Assembly (NCBI GenBank): GCA_047967505.1
Contig: CM106538.1
Direction: 5' to 3' (one strand)
From: Dipteris shenzhenensis
Taxonomy: Eukaryota
Length of the DNA stretch: 64,000 nt
Of this stretch, positions 50,150-62,624 are shown piece by piece. Made by a program: the position numbers and the translations under genes. How positions within the stretch are numbered: position 1 is the stretch's first letter; the number at the start of each line of letters is the position of its first letter. The notes beneath the pieces were generated by a model that worked only from the letters and a program-made list of their open reading frames with translations, had not been told where the DNA came from and ran no database searches.

Positions 50150-52719
50150 ATTAACAATGTATAGGTGCACTAGCTTTTCACTGATTATGACATTATCATG
50201 AAGGGTGAAAAGCTATACTCTCTTAAAAGAGTAATTTCAAGAATTGGGTTCCAAGATGGATCTTTCCCTTAGAACATCATGATCTAGTGCCTTAGTTTAA
50301 TCAAGCTTTGCATGTTCAAAAGCCCATTGCTTTTGGTTCTTCTTACCTACATGCAATGCTCATGTAATGGTACTCTCTTTTACATGCACAATGGGAAAGG
50401 ATGGCTTGTATTTGATCCATGTGCCACGTTAAATATACATTTAATAGTCTTGAGGTTAGCCAAATCAAAATTCAAATTTCCATGTCACCTCAAATGTAGC
50501 CATGAATCTCAAACCTCCTATTCTGATTGTGCAGTAAACTTTCTTGCATCATGAAGCTCAAATTGAAGGTCCGGTATTCTATTCATCAATGTCAAACTCA
50601 CTCTTTTTAATTTTTGGCCTTTGGCCACCTCACTTTCATTAAGCTTTATTATAATGTTTAGTTAACCATTGCATTCTGCCACAAGTGAGCCACAAGTATA
50701 TAATAAAACTTCACCATTTTCTATAAAACTCTTTGAGCATCCATCACAAAGTTTTTGTTGACTTTGAGTTTTAGCTCTTTCGACTCCCCAACCTTCCCTT
50801 TCAGAGTTAGTGTACTATGTACATGCTGAGGCTCACCAAATAAATCAAGTATACCCAAATTGAGAACATGCCGTACCTTATCTACAAGAGTTGCTTTTGG
50901 AAGTAAGGCTTTAACTTTTGTTCACATAGAAAGACATGCTTTTTTAAAGCTCTTAAATATAAAGAAAGGAAGGAATTTAAAAATACAATTGGAGCAAGCA
51001 AAATTCAAAACGCACTCAAAAATGAGGGAGAAGGAAGAGAACTGAGAGAGAATGAGAGAAGTGGTAATTGGATCAAAGGATTTGGTTTCAAAACAAATGG
51101 TGCAATTTGTTTAAGAAAAAAAGTTTTTCGATTTAGTTACACTTCAAAAATATGATGGGAGAGTTGCAGTAACAAGTGGGAGGTCTACATCAAGCTTTGA
51201 TCCATTATATAAAGAAATAGGAAAGTCAAGCCAATTTCAATATTCTTTTGCCCGCCACTAGCCAATATTTTACTCAATTTTATTGACCTTATCCTTCCAT
51301 GTCATCAGTCCCATGGCTCTCTTATAGAGCCCCTTTTTGAGTCCAAAATTTTTGTAATGTTTGGCTACTAACCCAGAAATGACTCCTCAGACTGACTTGC
51401 ACATAGGAGGGCTTTTTGTGTTTTGGTTTTGCGAGTGTTATACAAAGATGAGCCGATAAGGTATTTTGTAAGCTTCTGATATTCCCTTCTATCTAGGTTT
51501 GTACTTTTTCCATCAGGACTTTCAATGATCATAGCATTAAAGTTGGTCATCTCGTGTCTATATTGTAGGTCGATTATGGTATAAAAGGTGGTATTAGGTA
51601 GGTGTTACAATAATGTTAATTTGTTGGATTCAAGTTTGTGTTAATTTGGTTACTAACTTGCGACGCAAGTTATGGAACCTTTAGAAATGTTTTGATTGTT
51701 ATGCTCTTGCTTGGAGGAGAGCCACCATATTTTGTAAGCCACCATAAATTTTATAAGTATCTTTCCAAGAATAAGGCATGTCCTCTTTCATAATGGTTGG
51801 GTAGTGTGAGCTACTATGGTAGGCTAGGGTGGGTTGTCCCTAAATGTCAATTTGTGCATGTGCTCGCACGCATGCACACACACACACACACACAATTTTT
51901 TGGGTATATTGGGGTAATTTTAACCCCACTCTAGCAACAACAAAAAAGCTTTTGCAATTTGTCAATGTCGATATAACCATTGAAAATGGTGTGGATTTTT
52001 ACTAACAATAGAGTCGATACAAACATCAGCTTATGAACATATCAATGCTTATATGAATAGTTATATAAATGGTTATTATGATGCTTCCTTGGTTATTTCA
52101 ATGCTTTTCCTCTTTTGCCAAAATGTTTTTTTTGTTATTTTCATCAAAATAACCATCCCTAATAGTGTAAATGGTAGTAGTGATCCTTACTAACAATGGG
52201 ATGGTCGTGACCTATAGTAGCTTACTTGGAGGACTAATTGTGACAATTTGGTTGTTAGTAAAGATCCATAAGTCCATAGTGGTCTAAGGGTTTTATTATT
52301 ACCATGTGGTTGTAATGTGAAGCGCTTGGACCTCCACACGCTTCTTTTTTGTCAGTAAAGATCCACAAGCCCATAGAGGTCTAAGGCTTCATTCACACCA
52401 CGTGGTCATAATGTTCCTAGTTTGAGGGCTCAATAAGAAGGACATCACTTTGTAAGCTTAGAAGAGTTCTTCGTGTTAAGATTTTAAACTTCCACAAGCA
52501 AATTCATGGAAAATTCAACAACTTACAAGCAAGCAAGGCACCTCTATGGGGAGGTTAACACCCAAAGAGTACCTAGGAAACTTTGTGAGAGCGAGTTGAC
52601 CAAGGTCATGACATTGGAAACCAATTTCCAATACATCGGAAACCAATTTCCTGCAATACCGGGCTTAAGTTTACAAAAGAAGGAATTAGATTTCTTTTAA
52701 TTTATGTATTGTTTCGAGG

Positions 52720-53560
52720 GTTACGTATGGGCCATGGCCAAAGCGCCATCTAGCTTTCTCGTGCAAGCGACCTGCGGTAAAAGTTTGGTAGCTGTGGGAA
52801 GTTGGAATGGGAGGGGTCAGGACCTTGCCGGACCACGCCGGTTAGCGTTGAATAAAGACAGAAAAAGCATCACGAGGCATTGGGATGGGGGCTGCGTTAT
52901 CCTCAGCAGCGCATTAAGGGCTGCAAGAACGAGGGCGGCTGCATGTGGGCAAAAAATCGCCGCCGGACGGAAGGAGCACGCTGCACACGGAAAAGCCCAG
53001 CCCGTTTGGAATTTCGGATGCCCTCTCGGCCCTCGGGCTCGGGGCCCCGCTGACCAAAGTCAGGGCGGCTGTTGGTGGCAAAGAAACGGCGGGAACGAAT
53101 ATGAAGCTCAAACGCGGGGATCTGTGGTCATGAATGGCGTCAATCTGAGCGTGTGGCTTGGGAAGAGATAACACCTGGCCTGAATACTCCTGCATAAAGA
53201 TCAAATCACGACGAACCCATGCAGGAAAGAACAGGAGGCTACAATCTTTTACAGCATCGTTGGCGATAAACAGAGAGTCAGAATAGGATTCTGATTGCAA
53301 TCCGGTAAGAGAGAGTTAAGATGCTGACTCGTGAAACGATTTCTTGGACGGCCGGCTACGAACTTACGAAATCGCACTGATCAGAAGATAACGGAGACGA
53401 TTCCACGAGATGTTTTGGACTTTACGTATCTTAGTATATAAGAAATCGAGCTTTCTTTAGCCAACTTGACATTTTCTGAGCCGCGCTCACTTTGAATGCT
53501 ATTCTCTAACGATTTCGCCAAATCTTTGTTGGTTGGCTGCAAGCGTTAGCAGCTTCTACA
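52720..53560. promoter_or_regulatory. CpG-retaining GC-rich island, possibly an unmethylated host promoter or exon
   Basis: Many intact CpGs in otherwise CpG-depleted DNA; no TE motifs; short ORFs on both strands with no recognisable domain. Confidence 0.4.
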
Positions 53561-56119
53561 CTCAATTCGGACTTTTAGCATTGCACCTGTTCTCGTTATC
53601 GTCCATTCTTTTTGCAGTTGATCCACAAATACAGCTTTTCAATGAGATAATCTTATAAATTGTTTTATTTCAATCAATAACCTGGATGGACAAGAAATTG
53701 TACTTCCGTCTACTACAACCTATGGCTATAGCTAGCTATCATCCATCTAGCCATGCCTCCTTAGTTCTACGTTTTGCTCTTGGCCCTCCATACTATCAAG
53801 CATGTGGATGCCCTCTTAAAGAGTGTCTCCCTCTCCTAATTGCACCTCATTCTGCTTCCAATAGCACAGTTGCCCCAACACGAACCACATACTTCAAATG
53901 TGCATTTTTATAAAATAAATCAAGCGAGTGTAGATGTAGGTTAATGAAGCAAAAAAATTCTAAGCCCTTTTGAACTAGAAAGCTTCTATTATTTAGGGCA
54001 TTCAATCATGAATGTTTCAGTCATCCAACAATATCTCCTAAGTCATAAAATTAACCAAGATAAATGGGTGAGAGCCAATGTGTCCCCAAGACTTCGTAAG
54101 TATTAACACAATCATAACCTTTGCAAGAATGAATTGGGAAACGCTTTGCAATGTGATGAAATGTCAATTTGGCATGATGAGAAAATTGAAAGGTGATAGA
54201 AACTTATATGCTAGAAAGGAAAGTTTTCAACTGAGATTTTTCACTTTTTTATGGATTGCTCAGAAAAAGTGATACTATAACGTGTCGAGAAAGCCTTCCT
54301 AAAAGGAATCTATAAGTAGTTTTTGGACAAGGATGGAAAATGTAAGTTACCCAATTGTTGTTTAAAAGTTGTTGGATGTAAACCAACTCCTTTATAAAGC
54401 TGCTAGTTCTTTGGTATAAACCAATTCCTTTATAAAGCTGATAGTTCTTTGGTATTGCATACAAACACAAGGCCTTTACAAACCCCACATCATGATCAAT
54501 TCTATTTTCAATAGCATCACTTTCCAATAGTTTCTCGATGTAAAACAACTCTTTCATATTTTATTACACACAAGCCTTTACAAACCCTACATCATCAATG
54601 CAAATTGCGTAAATGCTTTTTATCCAAATATATATGTCCTATCTCTATAATAGTTTAGGAGACTCCAAAAAGTAGCTTTGAGTCTCTAATGAGGGCCTAT
54701 GTGGTCTTAATACATGTCATTGAGACTATGGCCAACATCATGACATGTCATAAGGTCTCCACAAATTATGGCAAATTTTGTAATTTGTCAAACATAGAGA
54801 TTCAATTAGTCATGCAATGGACAAGCCATGTAGCTTAGAGAAGCAATAGCACCTAGTAGAACCACCTACATGTCTCTTAGGAGTGAACTTTGATTGCATA
54901 ATCCAATATTCTATCAATTTCTTTCAACAAAAAAAAACTAGTATTTTCCACAGCCATCTAGCTAACGGGACTAACTTAAAGTCGTGGAGCACCTCAAGGT
55001 CAAAATGTAGGTACCACCATTTAAGAGAGGGTTCTACTCAGGAAAACGTAGCTCTATGGATTGTCTGAAATTTGAGTTAATCCTTGGTTTGTGAGCCAAT
55101 TTAAAGTAGGCATTGAGAGCTTGAGGCTATCCTTTGATGTGGTTGTGCTCACAAGACCCATAATATCTTTCTTTATTTGGCAATGCCATTGAACATTAAT
55201 TTGTGAATTATCCTCTAGGCAAACATCATACATTCCACCATAGTACTAAGGCATGCTAGAACTTCACTCGTATTTAAATCCAAAGGCTTGGTGTCTTAGT
55301 TGTTGTTCAAGAGTGTAAAGGCATGTATGGGAATATGAAATTTTACATATCTTATAGGAAGGATGCACAAGCAATATATTAGAGAAAAAATCATACATGT
55401 AAAGAGACAATGAAGAAGAGGGCTAACAACTATTGTAGCAAGTCAACTACAGCATCCCTTATTATGATATATGATGTGTCTTCCCTTTTGGGATAAGTTA
55501 TGTTCCTATCATACCTCTAAGAAACAAAACTCCAAATAGGGTTTAATGAAATCTAGAATAGCATGCATTCTTTAAGATGTTGTGGGTAGAAAAAGGTATA
55601 GTGTTGCTATAGAGTTTTAACATCATTGGCAAAAAAGAATGCATTTGTGAAAGAATAAACCAAATAAATATGAGCTTTTATAGGCACCTATTTTACAATT
55701 TCACACTTGGTATTGTAAATCTGCACATGTTCCCATTATGGGACTCAATGAGTCTTTTCAATTATGATTCACATTTTGGTTATAACCATTTAAAATGGGG
55801 TATTTCTCTTAACTTGTTCATGTGTAAGCAAACAAAGGGGCAAATAATACTCCATTCATCTTTGAATCATTCTTTGGAAACGATGTTTCATCCACCATTA
55901 TCTCCTTACTTGCATTAAATTACCTTAGACTTCTTAGATATGTGGCTTTTACCATAAAACAATCATATATTCGATTCAAAATGGCCAAAAGGTGATCACA
56001 TTAGAGGTGGGAGTGTAATCTCCATTCCACAAAGTAAAACCTAAAATGAACATAGGTGGAGGTGTAATCTCCATTCAATAAACTTCGCAAAGTAAAACCG
56101 AGAAACAATCAATCCCCAT

Positions 56120-59100
56120 TATTAGATATCAATGCTCCACTCTCATGTAACTACGCGGGAACCAGCTATGGGCAGACTGGGTCGGTCACCACATTGGGTC
56201 TAACCGACTTCGACTATTGACTATATAAGAGCAAGCCCGTGAAGCCCATTTCATCACTAGCTACAGCAACCTTGATTCGTTAGCATCCAGTCTCCGTCCT
56301 CTACTGTTTCTAGCTCGCCATTGAAGCTTCTTTCATAGGAGCGCACGGTTGGGAGGCAGCCCCATCTATTGTATCAGTTCTATAGTAATCAAATTTTTGA
56401 TTCTCCATACTATCTGTTTTCTCTCTTGCATACGAGATCCTATTATCTGTTGAGCACAGACGTTGTATTGTTTTCTTACATGGTATCAGAGCCTGGACTC
56501 TAGCAAGAAGATTTGGTAGTGTGTTTCTGTTTGCAAGCAGATTGTGAGAGATGGCCCAGCCCACAAGACTGTGAATCCCACCGTTCGGCAAAAGCGAAAA
56601 GTTGAACGGCTCTAACTATCCACTGTGGAAGTTCAAGATGAAGACCATCCTAAGCGCATATGAGCTTTGGGACACTGCTACTGGGGTGGACGTGAGGCCG
56701 ATTGCGAGACCGGATCCAGCCAATGCAAGACAACAAATAGTACCAACTAAGGATGAGATTCTCGCATGGACAAGAAGAAATGCAGATGCACCGTGTTCTA
56801 TTATCTACAGTGTAAGTGATTCCATCATGGCGTTAATTCAACATGTCACCACAGCGGAGGAGGCATGGACGGTCTTGAAAAATCAATACAAGACCACGAA
56901 TCAGATGCGGATTCAGAATTTGGAGACTCAACTCACGAACGAGAAATTATCTGAGTCTAAAGTGGCAGAGAAGTTTATCACCAGGGTGAAGAATCTGCAC
57001 GATCAGATGACTGCGATTGGCATCACCATCACCAGCAAGAATCTAGCACGAAGGTGTATACGGATTCTCCCACCAAAGTACGATGGTCTTATTATGGCAC
57101 TAAATACATAGAATAGAAATCCGCCCCTCAACTTTGAGGATTTCAATGCAATGCTTCTGGAGGAGGAGATGCGTCAAAAGCGAGGACTGGAGAAGATTCG
57201 GCTTTCTACATTGGATCAAAGAAAGGTAAGGGTAAGGACTCTGGTAACCCATCTTCTTCTAATGATCAAAAGAGAAAGAAGAAGATCAAATGCTTCTATT
57301 GCAACAAGGCAAGGCACAAGCAGAATGAGTGTCAGAAGAAGATTGCAGATGAGAAGAACGGAGTAAAGAAAGAGTCCAGCAACAGTGTGCAGGCAATACC
57401 AGTAGAGCTGTTCGTAGCAATTGAGGAGATTTGTACGGAGGCAGTTCATGTACCTGCGGATGAACCTTGGATCATTGACAGTGGTACATCGCACCACATG
57501 ACCAGTCAGAAGGATTGGTATATCTCTCTACAGTCGGTAGGGAATGACATCCTAGTAGCAGTCGGCAATGATGCAAAATGTCTAGCAAAAGGAAAAGGTA
57601 CGATTGCTCTCAAGTCAGATGGAGTTGTAAAACAGTTGTCTGATGTTCTTTATGTGCCAAACATCAAGAGGAACTTGTTGTCCATTTCTGCGATCATGGA
57701 TCGGAACCTCAAAGTTCAATTTGATAAGAATGGTGCACAGATTCTGGATCTTCAAGGGAAGGTCGTTGGTAAAGGTACACGGCACAACAACATCTATGAA
57801 CTCTCAGCTTTCAGTGCTCGAGTCGATGTGAAGAACACTAAGCTGTGGCATGAGAGGTTTGGTCATCTAAACCTTAGTTCTTTGAAGGAGATGCATAAAA
57901 GTGGAATGATTACAGACCTACCAGAAATTTTAAATCTGCCTGATGTATGTGAAGCTTGCATGATGGGCAAGCAGCATCAGCAACCCTTTCCTAAAGAGGC
58001 CAGCAAGGCAAAGGCTCCTCTAGAGATCATTCACATGGACCTCTGTGGAAAGATGGAGGCGGAAGCTTTGGGTGATTCCTACTACTTCATGACGCTGATC
58101 GACGACTATAGTAGAAGGATATGGATATATTTCCTGAAAACTAAAGACGAGGCTTGAAGAAATTTAGATCAGATAGAGGTGGAGAGTTCACATCAACTGA
58201 ATTCGAGAGTTACTGCAAAAGGCACGGGATCAAGAGGCAGAAACCCCCGCCACATACATCACAGTAAAATGGAGTAGCAGAACACAAGATGTGCGTCATC
58301 TGTGAAATGGGCAGGAGTATGATGAAAGGGAAAGATTTGCCAAAGACTTTCTGGGTGAAGCATGTAACACTGCAGTTTACATTTTGAATCGTAGCTACAC
58401 GAAGGCTGTGAACGGGATGACTCCACTGTAGGCCTTTTCTGGTAAGAAACCTTCAGCTGCACATTTCAGAGTTTTTGGATATGACTGTTTTGTGCATGTC
58501 CCTGATGCTAACAGGACCAAATGGGAACCGAAGAGTCGGAAGTGTATTTTCTTGGGCTACAATGAAGAGGCGAAGGGTTACCGTCTCAATAACCCTATTA
58601 TCAAGAAGGTAATAGTAAGTTGCGATGTGGTCTTCTCAGAGCAGCCGCATCAATTAGAGGAGGATGCTTCCTTCCCAGACAACTAGGACCAGGATATCCA
58701 TCTAGTAACACCACCAACAGCAGACCAAACTCCCCCAATGGTGCTTAGGAGGATTCAAGATAAAGAAGATAAAGAAGGGCCTGTAGAACCACAATGGCAA
58801 TGGCCATTCCCGAAGTGGGTAAAGCAAATTTTGGACGACAGAGAACCTCCAACCATTGAGGAGGAACCATCCGAACACCGCCGGTCCAAGAGATTAGAGG
58901 AGCAAAGAAGAGCGCAGGAACACTTAGTCAACTATGCTTTGATGACAGAAGTGATCCGTGTTGATGAACCCAAGTGTCTTGAAGAGGCACAGGGTGATGA
59001 TAGGTGGATGGAGGCTATGCAGTCGAAGTATGGCTCCATAATGAAGAACAGCACTTGGGACCTTGTGGATCATCCACCAAAATGCAAGGTAATCGGTACC

Positions 59101-61176
59101 AAGTGGGTGTACAAGACCAAGTACAAGTTCGACGGCACATTGGATAAGTACAAGGCTTTGTCGTGGCAAAAGGATTTGCACAGGTACATGGTTTTGATTA
59201 TCAGGATACTTATGCTCCCACAGCTCGACTTACCACAATTCACAGTGTTTTGGCTTTAGCCACCCAGGGAAGTTGGCCGGTGTTTCAGATGGATGTAAAA
59301 TCTGCCTTTTTGAATGGGGATCTCAAGGAGGAGGTATATGTGAAAGTCTGTAAACTGAAGAAGGCACTTTATAGGCTGAAACAGGCCCCACGAGCGTGGT
59401 ACCAGCGAATTGATGCCTACTTTCTGCAAAATAGGTTCAGGAGGAGCCCATCAGATTCAAATTTGTATATCTTCAGAGAAGGAGGCAGGTGTATGATCGT
59501 GGTCCTTTATGTGGACGACCTTGTCATAACAAGGAACCATGAAGAGAAGATCTCGTAGACAAAGCATTTGCTAGGAAGAGAGTTTGAAATGACAGACGTT
59601 GGACTGATGCATTTCTGTTTGGGGATTGAAGTTTGGCAAGAGCCGAAACAGATCTTCATTTCATAGCTGAAGTATGCTGGAGAGATACTGAAGGCATTTG
59701 GCATGGCTGAGTGCAAGACAGTTGGTACCCCTATGGAGGTTGGCGTTAAGCTCTCAAACGAGGATTCATCACCACTGGTGGACGAAGCAAAGTACAGAAG
59801 GCTTGTGGGCAGTTTGATTTACTTGTGGACATTAGCTTTGCGACTGGTGTACTAAGCAAGTTTTCCAATAAGCCCCGGGAGAGCCATTGGAGGGCAGGGA
59901 TGCGGGTGCTGAAATACATCAAAGGCACACTTGATTATGGCATCACCTATAGCAAGGGCAACATTTTGACCGGATTCTCTGACTCAGATTGGGCAAGAGA
60001 TGTGGACAGCAGGAGATCAGTGACAGGTTACTATTTCTCACTTGGATCTGGAGCTGTGTCATGGGTCAGCAAGAAGCAACCCACAGTTGCTCTTTCTTCT
60101 ACTGAGGCTGAGTACAAATGAGCATGCTTTGCTTCTTGCGAGGCAGTGTGGTTGAGGAGGATTCTGGGGGACATGGGTGTAGTGCAGAATAAGCCTATGC
60201 AGTTATCATGTGACAATCAAAGCTGCATGGCGATTGCAAAGAAACCTGTCTTCCACACTCGCACAAAACACATTGAGATTCAATATCACTTTGTACGCGA
60301 GCTCATCATGGATGGAGAGGTCGACTTGGTGTACTGTCCGACTCTGTCCGACTACAGAGAATGCTGCGGACATCTTCACAAAGGCTCTTGGAAGAGACTT
60401 GCTAGAGAGGCATCTTCATCGACTTGGCATTGGATCGAAAAAGTAAGTTCACTTGCAGGTGGACATTGAGGGGGGGTGTTAGATATCAATGCTCCACTCT
60501 CATGTAACTATGCGGGAACCAGCTAACTCTACTTGTAAGGCCCACATATGAGGAGAAGGCATTTGAGTAGCTCGGTTATCCGGTAGGTCTTGGTTTGGAC
60601 ACTAGATGGCTAGACGGAGTTGGCACACTGCCAACTAGGCTACATGCAAGTGCGGGAAGGCATCTCATGACTGACTGCATTGAGGGTAGATGGAGCATTT
60701 CCCGAGGTAGCCCACTTTTGGGTTGAGGGGCCCGTTTGCAATCCCAGATGATCCCAGATGGTTGTGGGCCGAACGGAGACCGTAGGTTAGTTGCTTTGTT
60801 TTATGCCACGGTTCTATCGTGTGGTCGGTGGCCTATTTCAAGACCGATCCCTAGTCGATCGTTTTGGGCAGATTAGGTCAGTCACCACATTGGATCTAAT
60901 CGACTACGACTAGTGGCTATATAAGAGCAAGCTCATGAAGCCCATTTCATCATTGGCTATAGCAACCCTAATTCCTTAGCATCCAGCCTCCATCCTCTAC
61001 TGTTTCCAGCTCGCCATCGAAGCTTCTTTCACAGGAGCACACGGTTGGGAGGCAGCGCCATCTATTGTATCAGTTCTATAGTAATCAAATTTTTGATTCT
61101 CCATACTATCTGTTTTCTCTCTTGCATACGAGATCCTATTATCTATTGAGCATAGACGTTGTATTGTTTTCTTACA
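56120..61176 (+). mobile_element. Ty1/copia element A2 (LTRs 56120-56480 and 60477-61176)
   Basis: TSD CCCAT (56115-56119 / 61177-61181), PBS TGGTATCAGAGC (56481-56492), PPT GAGGGGGGG; colinear with A1. Confidence 0.97.
56551..60446 (+). pseudogene. Copia gag-pol polyprotein (A2), disrupted
   Basis: LNGSNYPLWK, WIIDSGTSHHM, LWHERFGH, IHMDLCG, QMDVKSAFLNG, LYVDD, FSDSDWA, RTKHIEIQYHF. Confidence 0.95.
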
Positions 61177-61508
61177 CCCATCCTATCAAGTACAACAAAA
61201 ACCCCTACAACCTACTATAGAGGAAGCTAAAGCATGCCCCAAATACCTACAACTAAAGAGTCTACCTATCCCTTTCCAATGCATTAATGAAAGTGGTAAA
61301 ACCCCTCCAATGTCACAGCGGATGATTTAGATTTTTAAATACCATTTGAACCAAATAATGCTCAACATAATTTTCACATTATGGCACACCTAGCTCTTTT
61401 CCAAAATGCACTTCAAAATTTCTAATTTGTACATCATGGCAAGATTTGCACTAAACACCCCTTTACTTAAATGCATTTACATGAGACTATAGGTTGGGTG
61501 TAGAAGTA

Positions 61509-61690
61509 GGGTTTGTTCAGCAGTATTTGAGAGCTTGATGATCAGTAATGATGATAAACTTAATGTGAAAGAGATAGTGCTTGTACTTTGTCATGGCATA
61601 GACCTCCCTCGCATTCAGTGGTGCTACAGTTTCTTTCTGCTCCATTGAGTTGCTTGCTCCACAAAGTACACAGGTGGATCAAGTTTATGC
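61509..61690 (-). pseudogene. Gypsy RNase H fragment
   Basis: Minus strand with frameshifts: PVYF.SKQLNGAERNCSTTECE...VYAMTKYKHYL..IKFIIITDHQALKY..NKP. Confidence 0.7.
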
Positions 61691-62612
61691 TCTATTTAAG
61701 TGAACATCAAAAGTTAAGATGAGAAGCCCCTCTAATATTGGTGAAAATAGATAAAATGAAACTACATTTAATTACATGGATCTAAACAAAGAACATTTTC
61801 CTCAACCTTGAATCCCTAAGAGTAAGACAAGTAAAGATAGCTTAGGATAGATGGCAAAATGATATTGATTACGTGAGGATGAGGGAGGTAGTCGATTAAT
61901 GTATCCATAACAGATCCATAATGGGGGGTGTATATAGAGGATAAGATTTATGATTTGCATATGTAAACACCAGGAGTGTGCTAAAATTACTATATAATTA
62001 TAATAACGATGAGAAGTGAATTGTTGGGCATGCCTCTCTATACTAGTTTTTTTAGGTCATAGTTTCCAATAAACTTGAATTTGAGGGTCGATATAAGCAA
62101 TGGATTGTTCTTAGGTTTGTGGTATAAGTTTTGTTTGAGTAGACGTTATCCTTTTTATATTTTTAATTGCGTATTACTAAACATGTTTTATTACGTATTA
62201 CTAAACATGTGATACAACAATTGCTTACTTATTCAGAAAGAAAAAATAAAGCCAAATTATAGTTGCATAGTGACAATAACATTTCATTAGAATGTTTGAT
62301 AGTATTGCTTTCGATTTTAGTCTTCTAGCCAAAGCATGATTAGATGCATAACTTGTTCCATCCATGACCTATGTGTTACTTATGCATTGCTCAACAAAAT
62401 TTGACAAACATGCTATTGAAGCTTATCAAACCATTCTAGACTTTAATCTGAGACCAAAACATTACAAAAATTCCTTTTCGAATGAGATCAATAAACCATT
62501 GCAAATGCTATTTCGCATGACATTGTGAAGCGTGTACCTTAGATTAAAAAACAAAACACAATATTTTGTGAATTCCTCCACTCATGATATCCACTCAGCA
62601 ATGTTCTAGCAT

Positions 62613-62624
62613 GCTCCGATACCA
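62613..62624 (-). promoter_or_regulatory. tRNA-iMet PBS of an old minus-strand LTR element (LTR edge at 62626)
   Basis: TGGTATCGGAGC on the - strand, 1 nt after ...TTACA; only a very decayed gag-like trace (DGTSYA) follows. Confidence 0.55.

Noticed and set aside
52704-53300. 155-aa (+) and 128-aa (-) ORFs as host genes
   Set aside because: No recognisable domain; ORFs this long are expected by chance in GC-rich DNA
54380-54600. Short direct repeats (about 38 bp and 29 bp); also at 56005-56100
   Set aside because: Two-copy slippage-type duplications with no further structure
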